From the NCBI GenBank assembly GCA_047602755.1, contig JBLKOM010000004.1, forward strand, positions 27,305 to 91,304: 64,000 bases of DNA, given 5' to 3'. The notes below the pieces were generated by a model. It did no database searches, had not been told where the DNA came from, and saw nothing but the letters and a program-made list of their open reading frames with translations. Position numbers and translations under genes: made by a program. Origin of the DNA: Candidatus Woesearchaeota archaeon. GTDB taxonomy: Archaea > Nanobdellota > Nanobdellia > Woesearchaeales > JACJVV01. Every line of letters starts with the position of its first letter. The stretch's first letter is position 1. Positions 47,980 through 56,475 of the stretch are shown piece after piece.

Positions 47980-48484
47980 TTTTTATTAATTCAACTAATT
48001 CAATTTCAAAAATTAAAATTTTTCCTGCTAATGGATTATTTGCATCAAGAACAATATGAGTTTCATTAATATCAGCAATACTTGTAAATCGCATTCTCCC
48101 ATTTTCTAAGAAATAAGAAAATCTTCTTCCTAACTCTCTTCCTTCAACATAAGGAAAATCTTCTTCAAATTCTTCTAATGTAAGTACCATAACAAGCTCA
48201 GGATCATGTAACCCATAACCATATTGAGGTTCAACTTCAACACTTCTTGTCTGGCCTTGTCTCATTCCCCTTACACCATTAGTAAAACCAACAATTAAAC
48301 CTGGATCACCAACAGTAAACCTAAGTAAATCTTCAGAATCTACATTACTATCAAAAACAGTTCCATTTTGGAATTTTCCTGTATAAATAACTGCAACCTC
48401 ATCTCCAAAATCTGCTGTTTCAGCTGGGCTACATGCTGCAAGCATCAACAAAGCAAGTAAAATAACGATTTTCATAATAAACAA
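47972..48484 (-). CDS. FKBP-type peptidyl-prolyl cis-trans isomerase with lipoprotein-like signal
   Basis: 170 aa with a signal ending LMLAAC. The FKBP core is VIYTGKFQNGTVFDSN...RFTVGDPGLIVGFTNGVRGMRQGQTRSVEVEPQYGYG. Confidence 0.8.
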   Translation of the reverse strand: MFIMKIVILLALLMLAACSPAETADFGDEVAVIYTGKFQNGTVFDSNVDSEDLLRFTVGDPGLIVGFTNGVRGMRQGQTRSVEVEPQYGYGLHDPELVMVLTLEEFEEDFPYVEGRELGRRFSYFLENGRMRFTSIADINETHIVLDANNPLAGKILIFEIELVELIKNE

Positions 48485-48598
48485 GAATACATTTCAAGTT
48501 TTAAAGATTGTGATTTCATAATAATGAGAAGTTATTTATATAACCCTGATGACTTTTGATATCATTTCGCAACATTTTTATATAGAAAGGTAATTAAT

Positions 48599-48853
48599 AT
48601 GGATATGGCAAATCAATTAATAAATATAAGAATTCCAAAAGAATTGTATAACGAAATAGAACAATTTACAAAAATTGAAGGATATACCAATATACAAGAA
48701 TTTACTAGACAATCAATAAGAGAGAAAGTTGAGAAATTAAGAACCAAACAAGTAATTTTTGAACTTACCAAGTTAAAAGGAAGCCAGAAAGGTAAGAAAA
48801 AACTAGCTACAAAAGAAGAGCTTGAAAAACTTGCAAAAAAATTCTATAGTTAA
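48599..48853 (+). CDS. ribbon-helix-helix (CopG-like) DNA-binding protein, antitoxin-like, no adjacent toxin
   Basis: 84 aa. INIRIPKELYNEIEQFTKIEGYTNIQEFTRQSIREKVEKL fits the RHH beta-alpha-alpha pattern. Confidence 0.6.
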   Translation: MDMANQLINIRIPKELYNEIEQFTKIEGYTNIQEFTRQSIREKVEKLRTKQVIFELTKLKGSQKGKKKLATKEELEKLAKKFYS

Positions 48854-48882
48854 TATTAATTTCTACGAACTCACCGAAAATT

Positions 48883-48913
48883 ATTCAGAAATTCATCGAA
48901 AACCTATTTATAG
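48883..48913 (+). promoter_or_regulatory. promoter cassette copy 1 (attcagaaattcatcgaaaacctatttatag) upstream of hicB
   Basis: It is 29/31 identical to 49449-49479. It ends in the TATA-like ctatttatag, centred about 27 nt upstream of the ATG at 48935. Confidence 0.5.
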
Positions 48914-48934
48914 ACTAAGTATCTAATATTCTTC

Positions 48935-49180
48935 ATGAAAAAAGATATAAATAATACTGATATACTACAAGAAATGGTAAAATATAATGTTCTAATCGAG
49001 AAAGACATTGAAGGTTGGTATATATCTGAAGTTATAGAACTTCCAGGATGCCATACACAAGCAAAAAATATACCTCAGCTTATCGAAAGAACAAAAGAAG
49101 CAATAAAAGCATATCTTGGTGAAAAAGAAGAGATAGAAATTATCCATAAATTTGTAGGTGTCAGACAAATAGAGGTCTGA
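48935..49180 (+). CDS. hicB: HicB-family antitoxin (UPF0150)
   Basis: 81 aa. YNVLIEKDIEGWYISEVIELPGCHTQAKNIPQLIERTKEAIKAYL is the typical HicB N-domain. Confidence 0.8.
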   Translation: MKKDINNTDILQEMVKYNVLIEKDIEGWYISEVIELPGCHTQAKNIPQLIERTKEAIKAYLGEKEEIEIIHKFVGVRQIEV

Positions 49181-49182
49181 CT

Positions 49183-49422
49183 TTGCCATCAAAAACACCA
49201 AATATCTCTGGAAAAAAATTGGTTAAAATTCTTAAAAAATTAGGATTCATACATACTCATACAGTTGGTAGTCATTTCATATTAAAACACACAGATGGAA
49301 GAAAAACAACAATTCCAGTGCATTCAAATGAAACAATAGGTATTGGATTATTGAATAAAATAATAAAAAAAGATTTGAATATGACAAAAAAGCAATTTCT
49401 TAACTTAATCCAGAAATTCTAA
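49183..49422 (+). CDS. hicA: HicA-family mRNA interferase toxin
   Basis: 79 aa with a TTG start. ISGKKLVKILKKLGFIHTHTVGSHFILKHTDGRKTTIPVHSNETIGIGLLNKIIKD is the canonical YcfA/HicA fold sequence. Confidence 0.8.
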   Translation: MPSKTPNISGKKLVKILKKLGFIHTHTVGSHFILKHTDGRKTTIPVHSNETIGIGLLNKIIKKDLNMTKKQFLNLIQKF

Positions 49423-49448
49423 AACAAATCACGAATTTAATAGAAAAT

Positions 49449-49479
49449 ATTCAGAAATCCATCGAAAAACTATTTATAG
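49449..49479 (+). promoter_or_regulatory. promoter cassette copy 2 (attcagaaatccatcgaaaaactatttatag) upstream of the AbrB-PIN pair
   Basis: It is 29/31 identical to 48883-48913, and the flanking ~20 nt are also similar. It lies 62 nt upstream of the ATG at 49541, which has a GGTGAT Shine-Dalgarno sequence. Confidence 0.5.
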
Positions 49480-49540
49480 GTTTAATTCTTAATAATATTT
49501 ATATAGTTTAACAGTTTAACTGTTGAACTGGTGATAAATA

Positions 49541-49789
49541 ATGAAAGAAACAGATATAGTCAAAATGTCAGATAAAGGTCAACTTGTAGTTCCTGAGGGA
49601 GTAAGAAAAATTGCAAATTTAAACCCTGGTGAAAGATTTATTGCATGGCCAATAGGAGAAGGAGTTGTCTTTAAAAAAGTAGAAATTGATTTTGAAAAAT
49701 TAACTAATGAGATCGAAAAACAATTCAAAACCAAAAATATAACAAAATCTGACATAAATGGAGCTGTCAGATGGGCAAGAAAAAAATAG
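49541..49789 (+). CDS. AbrB/MazE/SpoVT-family antitoxin
   Basis: 82 aa. KMSDKGQLVVPEGVRKIANLNPGERF is the swapped-hairpin AbrB motif. It overlaps the PIN gene by 19 nt. Confidence 0.75.
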   Translation: MKETDIVKMSDKGQLVVPEGVRKIANLNPGERFIAWPIGEGVVFKKVEIDFEKLTNEIEKQFKTKNITKSDINGAVRWARKK

Positions 49790-50169
49790 TAATAGATACA
49801 AATATATTAATTTCTGGCTTTGCATATAAAGGAAATGAGCATAAGCTTTTAAGAAAAATAAATGAATACAACAATTACTTATCATTAAGTCAAATAAGTG
49901 AAATAGAAAAAGTTCTAAAATATCCTAAATTTGAAATAACTCATGAGTTTCAAAAAAATATTCTTGAATGGATAAAAAATAACTCAAATATAATCGATAT
50001 TAAGACAAAAACTAATATATGTAGAGATAGTAAAGATAACATTATAATCGAAACAGCAATAGATGGAAAAGCAGAGTTCATAATAACAGGCGATAAAGAC
50101 TTGTTAGAATTAAAGAAAGTTAAAAACATTGCAATTATATCAACAAAAGATTTTCTTAAACTCCAATAA
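49771..50169 (+). CDS. PIN-domain toxin (VapC-like, PIN_3 type)
   Basis: 132 aa. It has KIVIDTNILISGF at the N-terminus and the IITGDKDLL motif near the C-terminus. Confidence 0.8.
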   Translation: MGKKKIVIDTNILISGFAYKGNEHKLLRKINEYNNYLSLSQISEIEKVLKYPKFEITHEFQKNILEWIKNNSNIIDIKTKTNICRDSKDNIIIETAIDGKAEFIITGDKDLLELKKVKNIAIISTKDFLKLQ

Positions 50170-50206
50170 AAACATTTATAAATAAGTTGTCACTTATTAG
50201 TAGTAT

Positions 50207-50467
50207 ATGATTGAACCTCTAGAGAAAAGCTACAAAGAGCTAGAAAAAGCTGCAAAAGAACTTTCTAAAGTAGAATATACTTCTAACGCTAAATTAGTTG
50301 AACAAATAAATCTCATAAATGAAGCAATTGAAGATTTACATCTAAAAGTCAAACAATGTGTTACAAGAAGAGAATTTGAAGAAAAACTAAATACTATTGA
50401 ACGAAACCCTAATAAAGGCAAAAGTTTATGGTCTAAAACAGTAGATTTTTTAGCAGGTGAACCATGA
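50207..50467 (+). CDS. hypothetical coiled-coil protein
   Basis: 86 aa. A TATA-like catttataaata (50173-50184) lies about 28 nt upstream. The stop overlaps the next start (ATGA). Confidence 0.4.
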   Translation: MIEPLEKSYKELEKAAKELSKVEYTSNAKLVEQINLINEAIEDLHLKVKQCVTRREFEEKLNTIERNPNKGKSLWSKTVDFLAGEP

Positions 50468-50832
50468 AAAATGACGAAATTGGCCTTGGGTTAAAGAAAT
50501 TAGTCAAAGATACTGTTAAAAATGAACTTGCAACAGAAAGAAAAAAGCAAGAAAAATTATTCAAAAAAAACATTTCAGAACATATAAAAGATTTTGATAC
50601 AAGAATAGAAAAATTAGAATACCGATTTATGCGTGAAAGTGAAATAGTAAAAGATCTTTTGAAAAAGAAACAATTAACAGAAGACTTAACTTGGAAGAAA
50701 TTCACAGAAGAAGTATTAATCGAAGCAAAAAAAGAACTAGAAGTCGCTAAAATAAAGAAAAAGAAAAAAAATGTATTGAACAGTGTTATGAAAAAAATCA
50801 ATAAAGCATTAGAATATTTAGCAAGTGATTAA
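50464..50832 (+). CDS. hypothetical Lys/Glu-rich coiled-coil protein
   Basis: 122 aa, translationally coupled to the upstream ORF. The antisense ORF 50433-50801 is low-complexity and judged spurious. Confidence 0.4.
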   Translation: MKNDEIGLGLKKLVKDTVKNELATERKKQEKLFKKNISEHIKDFDTRIEKLEYRFMRESEIVKDLLKKKQLTEDLTWKKFTEEVLIEAKKELEVAKIKKKKKNVLNSVMKKINKALEYLASD

Positions 50833-50845
50833 TAATTCAATTTTT

Positions 50846-51706
50846 TCACTTTATTTTATCTAAAATCTTAATATCCATTTTATTAAATGCAAACCATTTC
50901 TTTCCTAGATCCTTTAGCGAAGCACCTATATGATATGTTTGATTATCTATTAATAGAAACCTATCATGACTTTTATTAAAGTATTTTATTTCTAAATTGC
51001 CGTATTGTTTGTTGAATTTATCTTTTGCTAATAATAATTTATCTGAAATATTAGCAGTGTAGATTTTTATTTTTACTTCTTTATTTTTATTTGATAATAA
51101 AGTCAAAACACTTTCATCAATATAATTGTCAACTAGAATTATTTCTTTTTTAGCTGATTTAACAAGATCTGTTACAAATTTATACGCATCAAATATCTGC
51201 CCATCATAAAATATGCCCTGATTTGGTGTTAATTGCTTTTCTTCAATTGCTCTAAAAATTTTGTTAAAATTAGAATCATATTCTATTTGTTTTTTTTCAA
51301 CATTATCTAATCGAATAAAAACTTCAGCATTTTTTATTAAGAAATGGCGCATTTTAACAAACGCTTCCATTATTAATATACTTGTTTTAATTGCTTTTTT
51401 ACTTTTTAAAATTCCTGAAAGCATTGCTATTCCTTGTTCTGTAAATGCATATGGAAGTTTCCTCAATCCTTTAATGATCTTATTGGAAGTCACATTTTGT
51501 GACATCCAATTTTTTATTAAATTAATACGTAGATTCCTAAATTCTTCTTCATTTAATTGAAAGCAGAAATTATTTGGGAATCTTTCAATATTTCTTTTAA
51601 CAGCTTGATTTAGAACTTTAGTTTTTACTTCATACAACTCAGCTAAATCCCTATCTAATATTACTTGTTTTCCTCTGATTGTGTGAATCTTATTATTTAT
51701 ATCCAT
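50846..51706 (-). CDS. ORF6N (KilA-N-related) DNA-binding domain protein with PLD-like C-terminal region
   Basis: 286 aa. The ORF6N signature IHTIRGKQVILDRDLAELYEVKTKVLNQAVKRNIERFPNNFCFQL is at the N-terminus. The C-terminus has HDRFLLID...IGASLKDLG, resembling an HxK(x)4D...GSxN PLD motif with Arg in place of Lys. Confidence 0.75.
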   Translation of the reverse strand: MDINNKIHTIRGKQVILDRDLAELYEVKTKVLNQAVKRNIERFPNNFCFQLNEEEFRNLRINLIKNWMSQNVTSNKIIKGLRKLPYAFTEQGIAMLSGILKSKKAIKTSILIMEAFVKMRHFLIKNAEVFIRLDNVEKKQIEYDSNFNKIFRAIEEKQLTPNQGIFYDGQIFDAYKFVTDLVKSAKKEIILVDNYIDESVLTLLSNKNKEVKIKIYTANISDKLLLAKDKFNKQYGNLEIKYFNKSHDRFLLIDNQTYHIGASLKDLGKKWFAFNKMDIKILDKIK

Positions 51707-51856
51707 GCTAATAAATAGAAAACTCTCATTAATATACTTATGGTGGGTAAAATAGGAAATATTTCAAAGAAATCGTAGAATATTTTCCTTAATTTAGTAA
51801 CTAATTAGTAGTAAATATAGAAAGATTTATAAATAACATTTAGTTTTATAGTATGA

Positions 51857-53041
51857 ATGAAAAAAACAATAATATCAAGTGGATTAGGTTTAATTATTAT
51901 ATCTGGAATAATGTCATTTTTAGGTTCAATTATAGGTTATAATATAAGTTATATTTCTAGGATTGTATTTATTATATTAAGTGCATTATACATTACTTTA
52001 GCATTATACAGAATAAATCATCCTTCTTCAAAAGAAATGGCTAAAAAACCAATGAGCTATAGAGTTGGTATTGCACTAGCTTATATCGTTCCTTTGATAG
52101 TTATTGGTCTTTTAATATATGTAAACTGGCTACCATTTGGTTATCAAAGAACATTTGTAATTGATGTTGGTAATTCTAATGATTTAGATGGTGTGTTTAG
52201 TATAGAAGAATTTGGTGTACGTGAAATGGTAGATGGAAAATATTTTCGCACATTAAATGGTGTTGCGTATGCTGTGTTTAAACCTAAAGTTGTATTAAAT
52301 AATGCTTCCTATACTGTTACTTTAGAAGGTACTAATGTTTCTTTTTTAAGTATGCCTTCAATAGACTTCGACTGGGATTATGACTGGACTGCTGACAATA
52401 TTTTAGATGATTTTATCGTAGTTGATAGCGAAGGCAATTCAAAAGAGTTAGTTGTTAAAGATGATTGTATTTATTTCGATGGTGATACTAGATTAGTCTT
52501 TCCAAATTCTTCTGATATGTTTGAAGAAGGACCTTTTGCAGTCTACGTAGAATGGGTGCCTGAGAAGGCTGAGAACAGACAACAGCTAATTGGACATTAC
52601 AACTGGGAAATTGAACAAAATGAAGATAATGTCAATTTCATGATTGGAAGATTAACAGAAAGCAATTCCAGACCTAACATAAGATTAAATATTGAAGAAA
52701 ATTTTTACAATCTATCATATAATTTATTAGCAATATACAATCCATCAGAAGATGGTTATTTTGAATTATACATTAATTATGAACATATAAACAGAAGAAA
52801 TATACAAAATGAAACTTTACGTCCAGACTACTCACAAGATTTAACAATTGGTAATACATTTCATAGTGGTGGAAGAGATGTATTTTTTGAAGGCTCAATT
52901 TGCAACATAAAATTCACATATATAGAACTAAAACCAAACATAACAACAATAACATTCAACTCAGACGACGAAGAAATAAGAATTCCAATTGTAGGAGAAC
53001 AAGGAAAATTAGATAAAATAAGACTTGAAGTAAGAAAATGA
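51857..53041 (+). CDS. membrane-anchored protein with LamG/ConA-like jelly-roll domain
   Basis: 394 aa with three N-terminal TM segments. The extracytoplasmic region has a LamG-like pattern (FAVYVEWVPEKAENRQQLIGHYNWEI...NVNFMIGR). Confidence 0.45.
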   Translation: MKKTIISSGLGLIIISGIMSFLGSIIGYNISYISRIVFIILSALYITLALYRINHPSSKEMAKKPMSYRVGIALAYIVPLIVIGLLIYVNWLPFGYQRTFVIDVGNSNDLDGVFSIEEFGVREMVDGKYFRTLNGVAYAVFKPKVVLNNASYTVTLEGTNVSFLSMPSIDFDWDYDWTADNILDDFIVVDSEGNSKELVVKDDCIYFDGDTRLVFPNSSDMFEEGPFAVYVEWVPEKAENRQQLIGHYNWEIEQNEDNVNFMIGRLTESNSRPNIRLNIEENFYNLSYNLLAIYNPSEDGYFELYINYEHINRRNIQNETLRPDYSQDLTIGNTFHSGGRDVFFEGSICNIKFTYIELKPNITTITFNSDDEEIRIPIVGEQGKLDKIRLEVRK

Positions 53042-53685
53042 CTTCTTTTATTGAAAAATACAATACAATATTTTCAGATACTTCAAGGAATGTATTCATA
53101 TTAAGTATTTTATTATTTATTCTAGAATATTTATCACCTATAAGAATTAGTTTTTACATAAATATGAATTTATTAACATTCATATTAATCTTTACAGGAT
53201 TTGCTTGGTTATTTTTTACAATACAAAATAATCAAGAAAAATATAAAAAACTAGAACCATATTTTAAATATGGATTTTTAATATTTCTTTTAATTATAAC
53301 AATAGGTTCATTAAGATTTGAATTTCTAAATAATATTGAGATAATTAAACTAATAATCAATACAATAAATAATTATACATATATCATAACATTAATAACA
53401 ATAGGTTTTGGTTTTCTAACATTTTACTTTAACAGAGAAAGAGTTGAAAAAGAAATAGAAGAAGAAAAAGATGCAGAGGAAAAAGCAGAACAAAAAAGAG
53501 CAGAAGAATTTGACAGTAAATTCCCAACACTTTCAAAATTTAATTTAAATTATCAAATAATAGAAAACTGGAAACAAAAACAATATTTATTTTTCATAAT
53601 ATCAATATTAATAAGTCCATTGGTTTTTATTATAAGACTTCCATATTCAATTATTAACTGGATTTATAAGGAGTGGGAATTATGA
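53038..53685 (+). CDS. hypothetical membrane protein with acidic coiled-coil segment
   Basis: 215 aa. It overlaps the upstream gene by 4 nt. Confidence 0.4.
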   Translation: MTSFIEKYNTIFSDTSRNVFILSILLFILEYLSPIRISFYINMNLLTFILIFTGFAWLFFTIQNNQEKYKKLEPYFKYGFLIFLLIITIGSLRFEFLNNIEIIKLIINTINNYTYIITLITIGFGFLTFYFNRERVEKEIEEEKDAEEKAEQKRAEEFDSKFPTLSKFNLNYQIIENWKQKQYLFFIISILISPLVFIIRLPYSIINWIYKEWEL

Positions 53686-54911
53686 AAAAAAAGCCAACAA
53701 TTACCTATATAGTGCCTTGTTCAAAAAAAAGATTTTTTATTCATGAGGAAAGAATTAATCCTTTTTTATCTGAATTTAATTTTAATATAGTTGTCTTTGA
53801 TAAAGAAATAAAAAAATTAAAAATAATTAAAGAAAAAAATAAAAGCTATTATATTTATCCTTTAAAAAAAACATATCTTAATCCGCCTCTTTCTACTTTA
53901 ATAGGAATAAAAACATGCACTATAATGAATAAATTTGAGAAAGAAACAGATATTTTTCATATCGCTGGTGTTGATTTAATAACAGGAGCAGGAATGTATA
54001 AATTATCTGGAGGAAAAAAACCAGTTTTAGCAAGATTAAATTCTTATGGCTTATTAAGTCCAGATTATTCATTATTTTATAATAATAAACTTTATTTAAA
54101 ATCAAGTTTTAAAATAAGACTTAATAAAATAAATTCAAAAATAAATAATCCTTTATTAAAAATATTATCACCGATTTATGCATTATATTTCCAATTTGAC
54201 AAAATGTATTGGATGAGATATATAGAAAAATTTCATGCAATTGATAAATCTGTTAAAGAATATTATTCTTCATTTAATAATCATCAAATAAAAGTACCAG
54301 TAAATAAAATACAAGTAATCCCTAATTTTATAGATAGAGAATTTATTAAGAAATCTAAAATAAATATAAAAAAAGATAAAAAATTCACGTTCATTTATAT
54401 TGGAAGAATAACAGAGAATAAAGGAATTAAAATATTAGTAAAAGCATTTTCTGAAGAATTTAAAAACACAAAAAACATTCAACTTAAGATAATAGGAGAT
54501 GGTGATCTAAAAAAATATGTTTTAAAAAATAAAACAGATAATATTTCATTTGAAAATTTTATAGACCATAATAATATATATAAAGAATATAAAAAAGCAA
54601 ATGTTTTCATTCATCCAACATTAAATCCTGAACCTTTTGGAAGAACTATTTTAGAAGCATTATATTGTGACTTACCAGTAATATGTACAGATATAGGTGC
54701 ACCACCAAATATTGTAGGAAAAGCAGGGATAAAAATTAAAATAAATTCTGTAAAAAGTCTTAAAAAATCATTAAAAAATATTTATGAAAATAAAAAATTA
54801 TACAATACACTAAGAAATAATTGCAAAAAAGAAAGAGAAAAATACTCACAAGAGAAATCAGATAAAATGTTAAGTAAATTATATAAGGAGATTATTTATG
54901 GAAAAATATAA
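53673..54911 (+). CDS. glycosyltransferase family 4 (GT-B)
   Basis: 412 aa. The C-terminal block NVFIHPTLNPEPFGRTILEALYCDLPVICTDIGAPPNIV matches the E(x)7E-type GT4 motif. Confidence 0.8.
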   Translation: MGIMKKKPTITYIVPCSKKRFFIHEERINPFLSEFNFNIVVFDKEIKKLKIIKEKNKSYYIYPLKKTYLNPPLSTLIGIKTCTIMNKFEKETDIFHIAGVDLITGAGMYKLSGGKKPVLARLNSYGLLSPDYSLFYNNKLYLKSSFKIRLNKINSKINNPLLKILSPIYALYFQFDKMYWMRYIEKFHAIDKSVKEYYSSFNNHQIKVPVNKIQVIPNFIDREFIKKSKINIKKDKKFTFIYIGRITENKGIKILVKAFSEEFKNTKNIQLKIIGDGDLKKYVLKNKTDNISFENFIDHNNIYKEYKKANVFIHPTLNPEPFGRTILEALYCDLPVICTDIGAPPNIVGKAGIKIKINSVKSLKKSLKNIYENKKLYNTLRNNCKKEREKYSQEKSDKMLSKLYKEIIYGKI

Positions 54912-56475
54912 AGAAACTATAATCTGGAGCATAGTAATTTTAAGCATATTCATAGGTGTTTTAATTAGATTCCCAAATAATTTTCCTATTCAAACAGGAC
55001 ATCATACATTTGATGTAGCACAACAAATATTGGAAACAGGAACTCCTCAATTAAAATCAGAGATTATCTATTTTAGAGCAATAGGATATACATATACATT
55101 AGCAGGTTTTTTTTATATTTTAGGAGTTTCTGATTTTACAACTAAGTTTGTAGGATTTTTGTTTGGAGTAGGAAGTATTTTTCTAATCTACTTATTTACA
55201 AAAAAGATTTCAAATAAAAAAGCTGCAATAATAGCGACAATTCTTATGTCATTATCTCCATGGGCAGTAAGATACAGTGCTGAAAGATGGTACTCTTTTT
55301 ATATTTTCTTTTTTCTTTTAACACTTTATTTATATTATAATTGCTTAATTACAAAAGACAACATAAGAAAAAGATATTTTATAATCTTACCTGTTATTTT
55401 TTATATCACAATTAATACAACAATTACAGGTACTTTTATTATGTTTTTATTTCCATTGATATATGTATTTAATTACAAAAATAATTCATTAAAAATAAAA
55501 TCTATATTAAATTATATCTTAAAAAACAAGGATAAGATAATATTAACATTTTTATTATTTTTAGTCTTTATATTACATTATTTTATTATGCCTCAAAGAA
55601 TCCTTCCAGAATTTATATCTCCTGAAGAATATTTTGGGAGTCCTAATTTGACTAAATTTAGTATAACAAATATTAATTTTTCTTTTGTTGAAGAAATATT
55701 TAAAATTTATCCTATCGAATCAATATTAATATTCATCTTTTTAATAGCAATACTATTTACAAATCTTAAATATAAGAAAGAGTCTTTACCATTCTATCTT
55801 TTATTTTTAATGTTTATAGTTACTATTATAATGGAGGTAGGGAAATCATTTCAACCAAGATATCTTTTTTGGCTCATACCTATTTTTTATATTTGTTTAA
55901 GTATTATTTTGAATTATATTTGCAAAATCATTAAGAATATTAAGATTAAGTCTATTTTTTTAATAATACTTATGATATATATAATTAATCCTTTGGACTT
56001 ATATCATGTCAATTCATTAGATAAATGCAATGTTAATATAAAAGACTGGTACTTATACTCAACTTCAATGAAATTTACTTATGATTCTAGAACTCCTGTT
56101 GAATATGTTTTAGAAAGATTTAATCCAGAAACAGATTTGATAATCCTCGGAACATCAGGATATGGAAGTTACATTAACAAAGAAATTAATAGTCGCTATG
56201 CTAAAGATATAGCTCCTAGAAGACATGCAGAAGGATCTAGAATCGCTTTTTATGAGGGAGATTATAGGCTAACATATACTGGAGCTTCAATATTATTTCA
56301 CGATGATTTAGAAAAATTTAATATTCTATTAAATTCATATCCTAGAATTTGGTTATTAGATAGTTATACAACACCCTTAAATAGATATCCCATTTATGAA
56401 ATAATAGAAAATAATTTTAAACAAGTCTATATTGGTTGCAATGTAGGTTCAGGGGTATTATTATATGAAAGATGA
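54898..56475 (+). CDS. polytopic membrane protein, candidate GT-C (ArnT/PMT-like) glycosyltransferase
   Basis: 525 aa and about 12 TM. Its size and topology, together with its position in the glycosylation cluster, suggest GT-C. The sequence motifs are weak. Confidence 0.5.
   Translation: MEKYKETIIWSIVILSIFIGVLIRFPNNFPIQTGHHTFDVAQQILETGTPQLKSEIIYFRAIGYTYTLAGFFYILGVSDFTTKFVGFLFGVGSIFLIYLFTKKISNKKAAIIATILMSLSPWAVRYSAERWYSFYIFFFLLTLYLYYNCLITKDNIRKRYFIILPVIFYITINTTITGTFIMFLFPLIYVFNYKNNSLKIKSILNYILKNKDKIILTFLLFLVFILHYFIMPQRILPEFISPEEYFGSPNLTKFSITNINFSFVEEIFKIYPIESILIFIFLIAILFTNLKYKKESLPFYLLFLMFIVTIIMEVGKSFQPRYLFWLIPIFYICLSIILNYICKIIKNIKIKSIFLIILMIYIINPLDLYHVNSLDKCNVNIKDWYLYSTSMKFTYDSRTPVEYVLERFNPETDLIILGTSGYGSYINKEINSRYAKDIAPRRHAEGSRIAFYEGDYRLTYTGASILFHDDLEKFNILLNSYPRIWLLDSYTTPLNRYPIYEIIENNFKQVYIGCNVGSGVLLYER

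Noticed and set aside
50433-50801. A 122-aa minus-strand ORF with poly-Phe/Ser composition, opposite the coiled-coil ORFs.
   Set aside because: It is an extreme low-complexity mirror of Lys/Glu-rich sense codons. The sense-strand pair has start/stop coupling and a promoter-like box.
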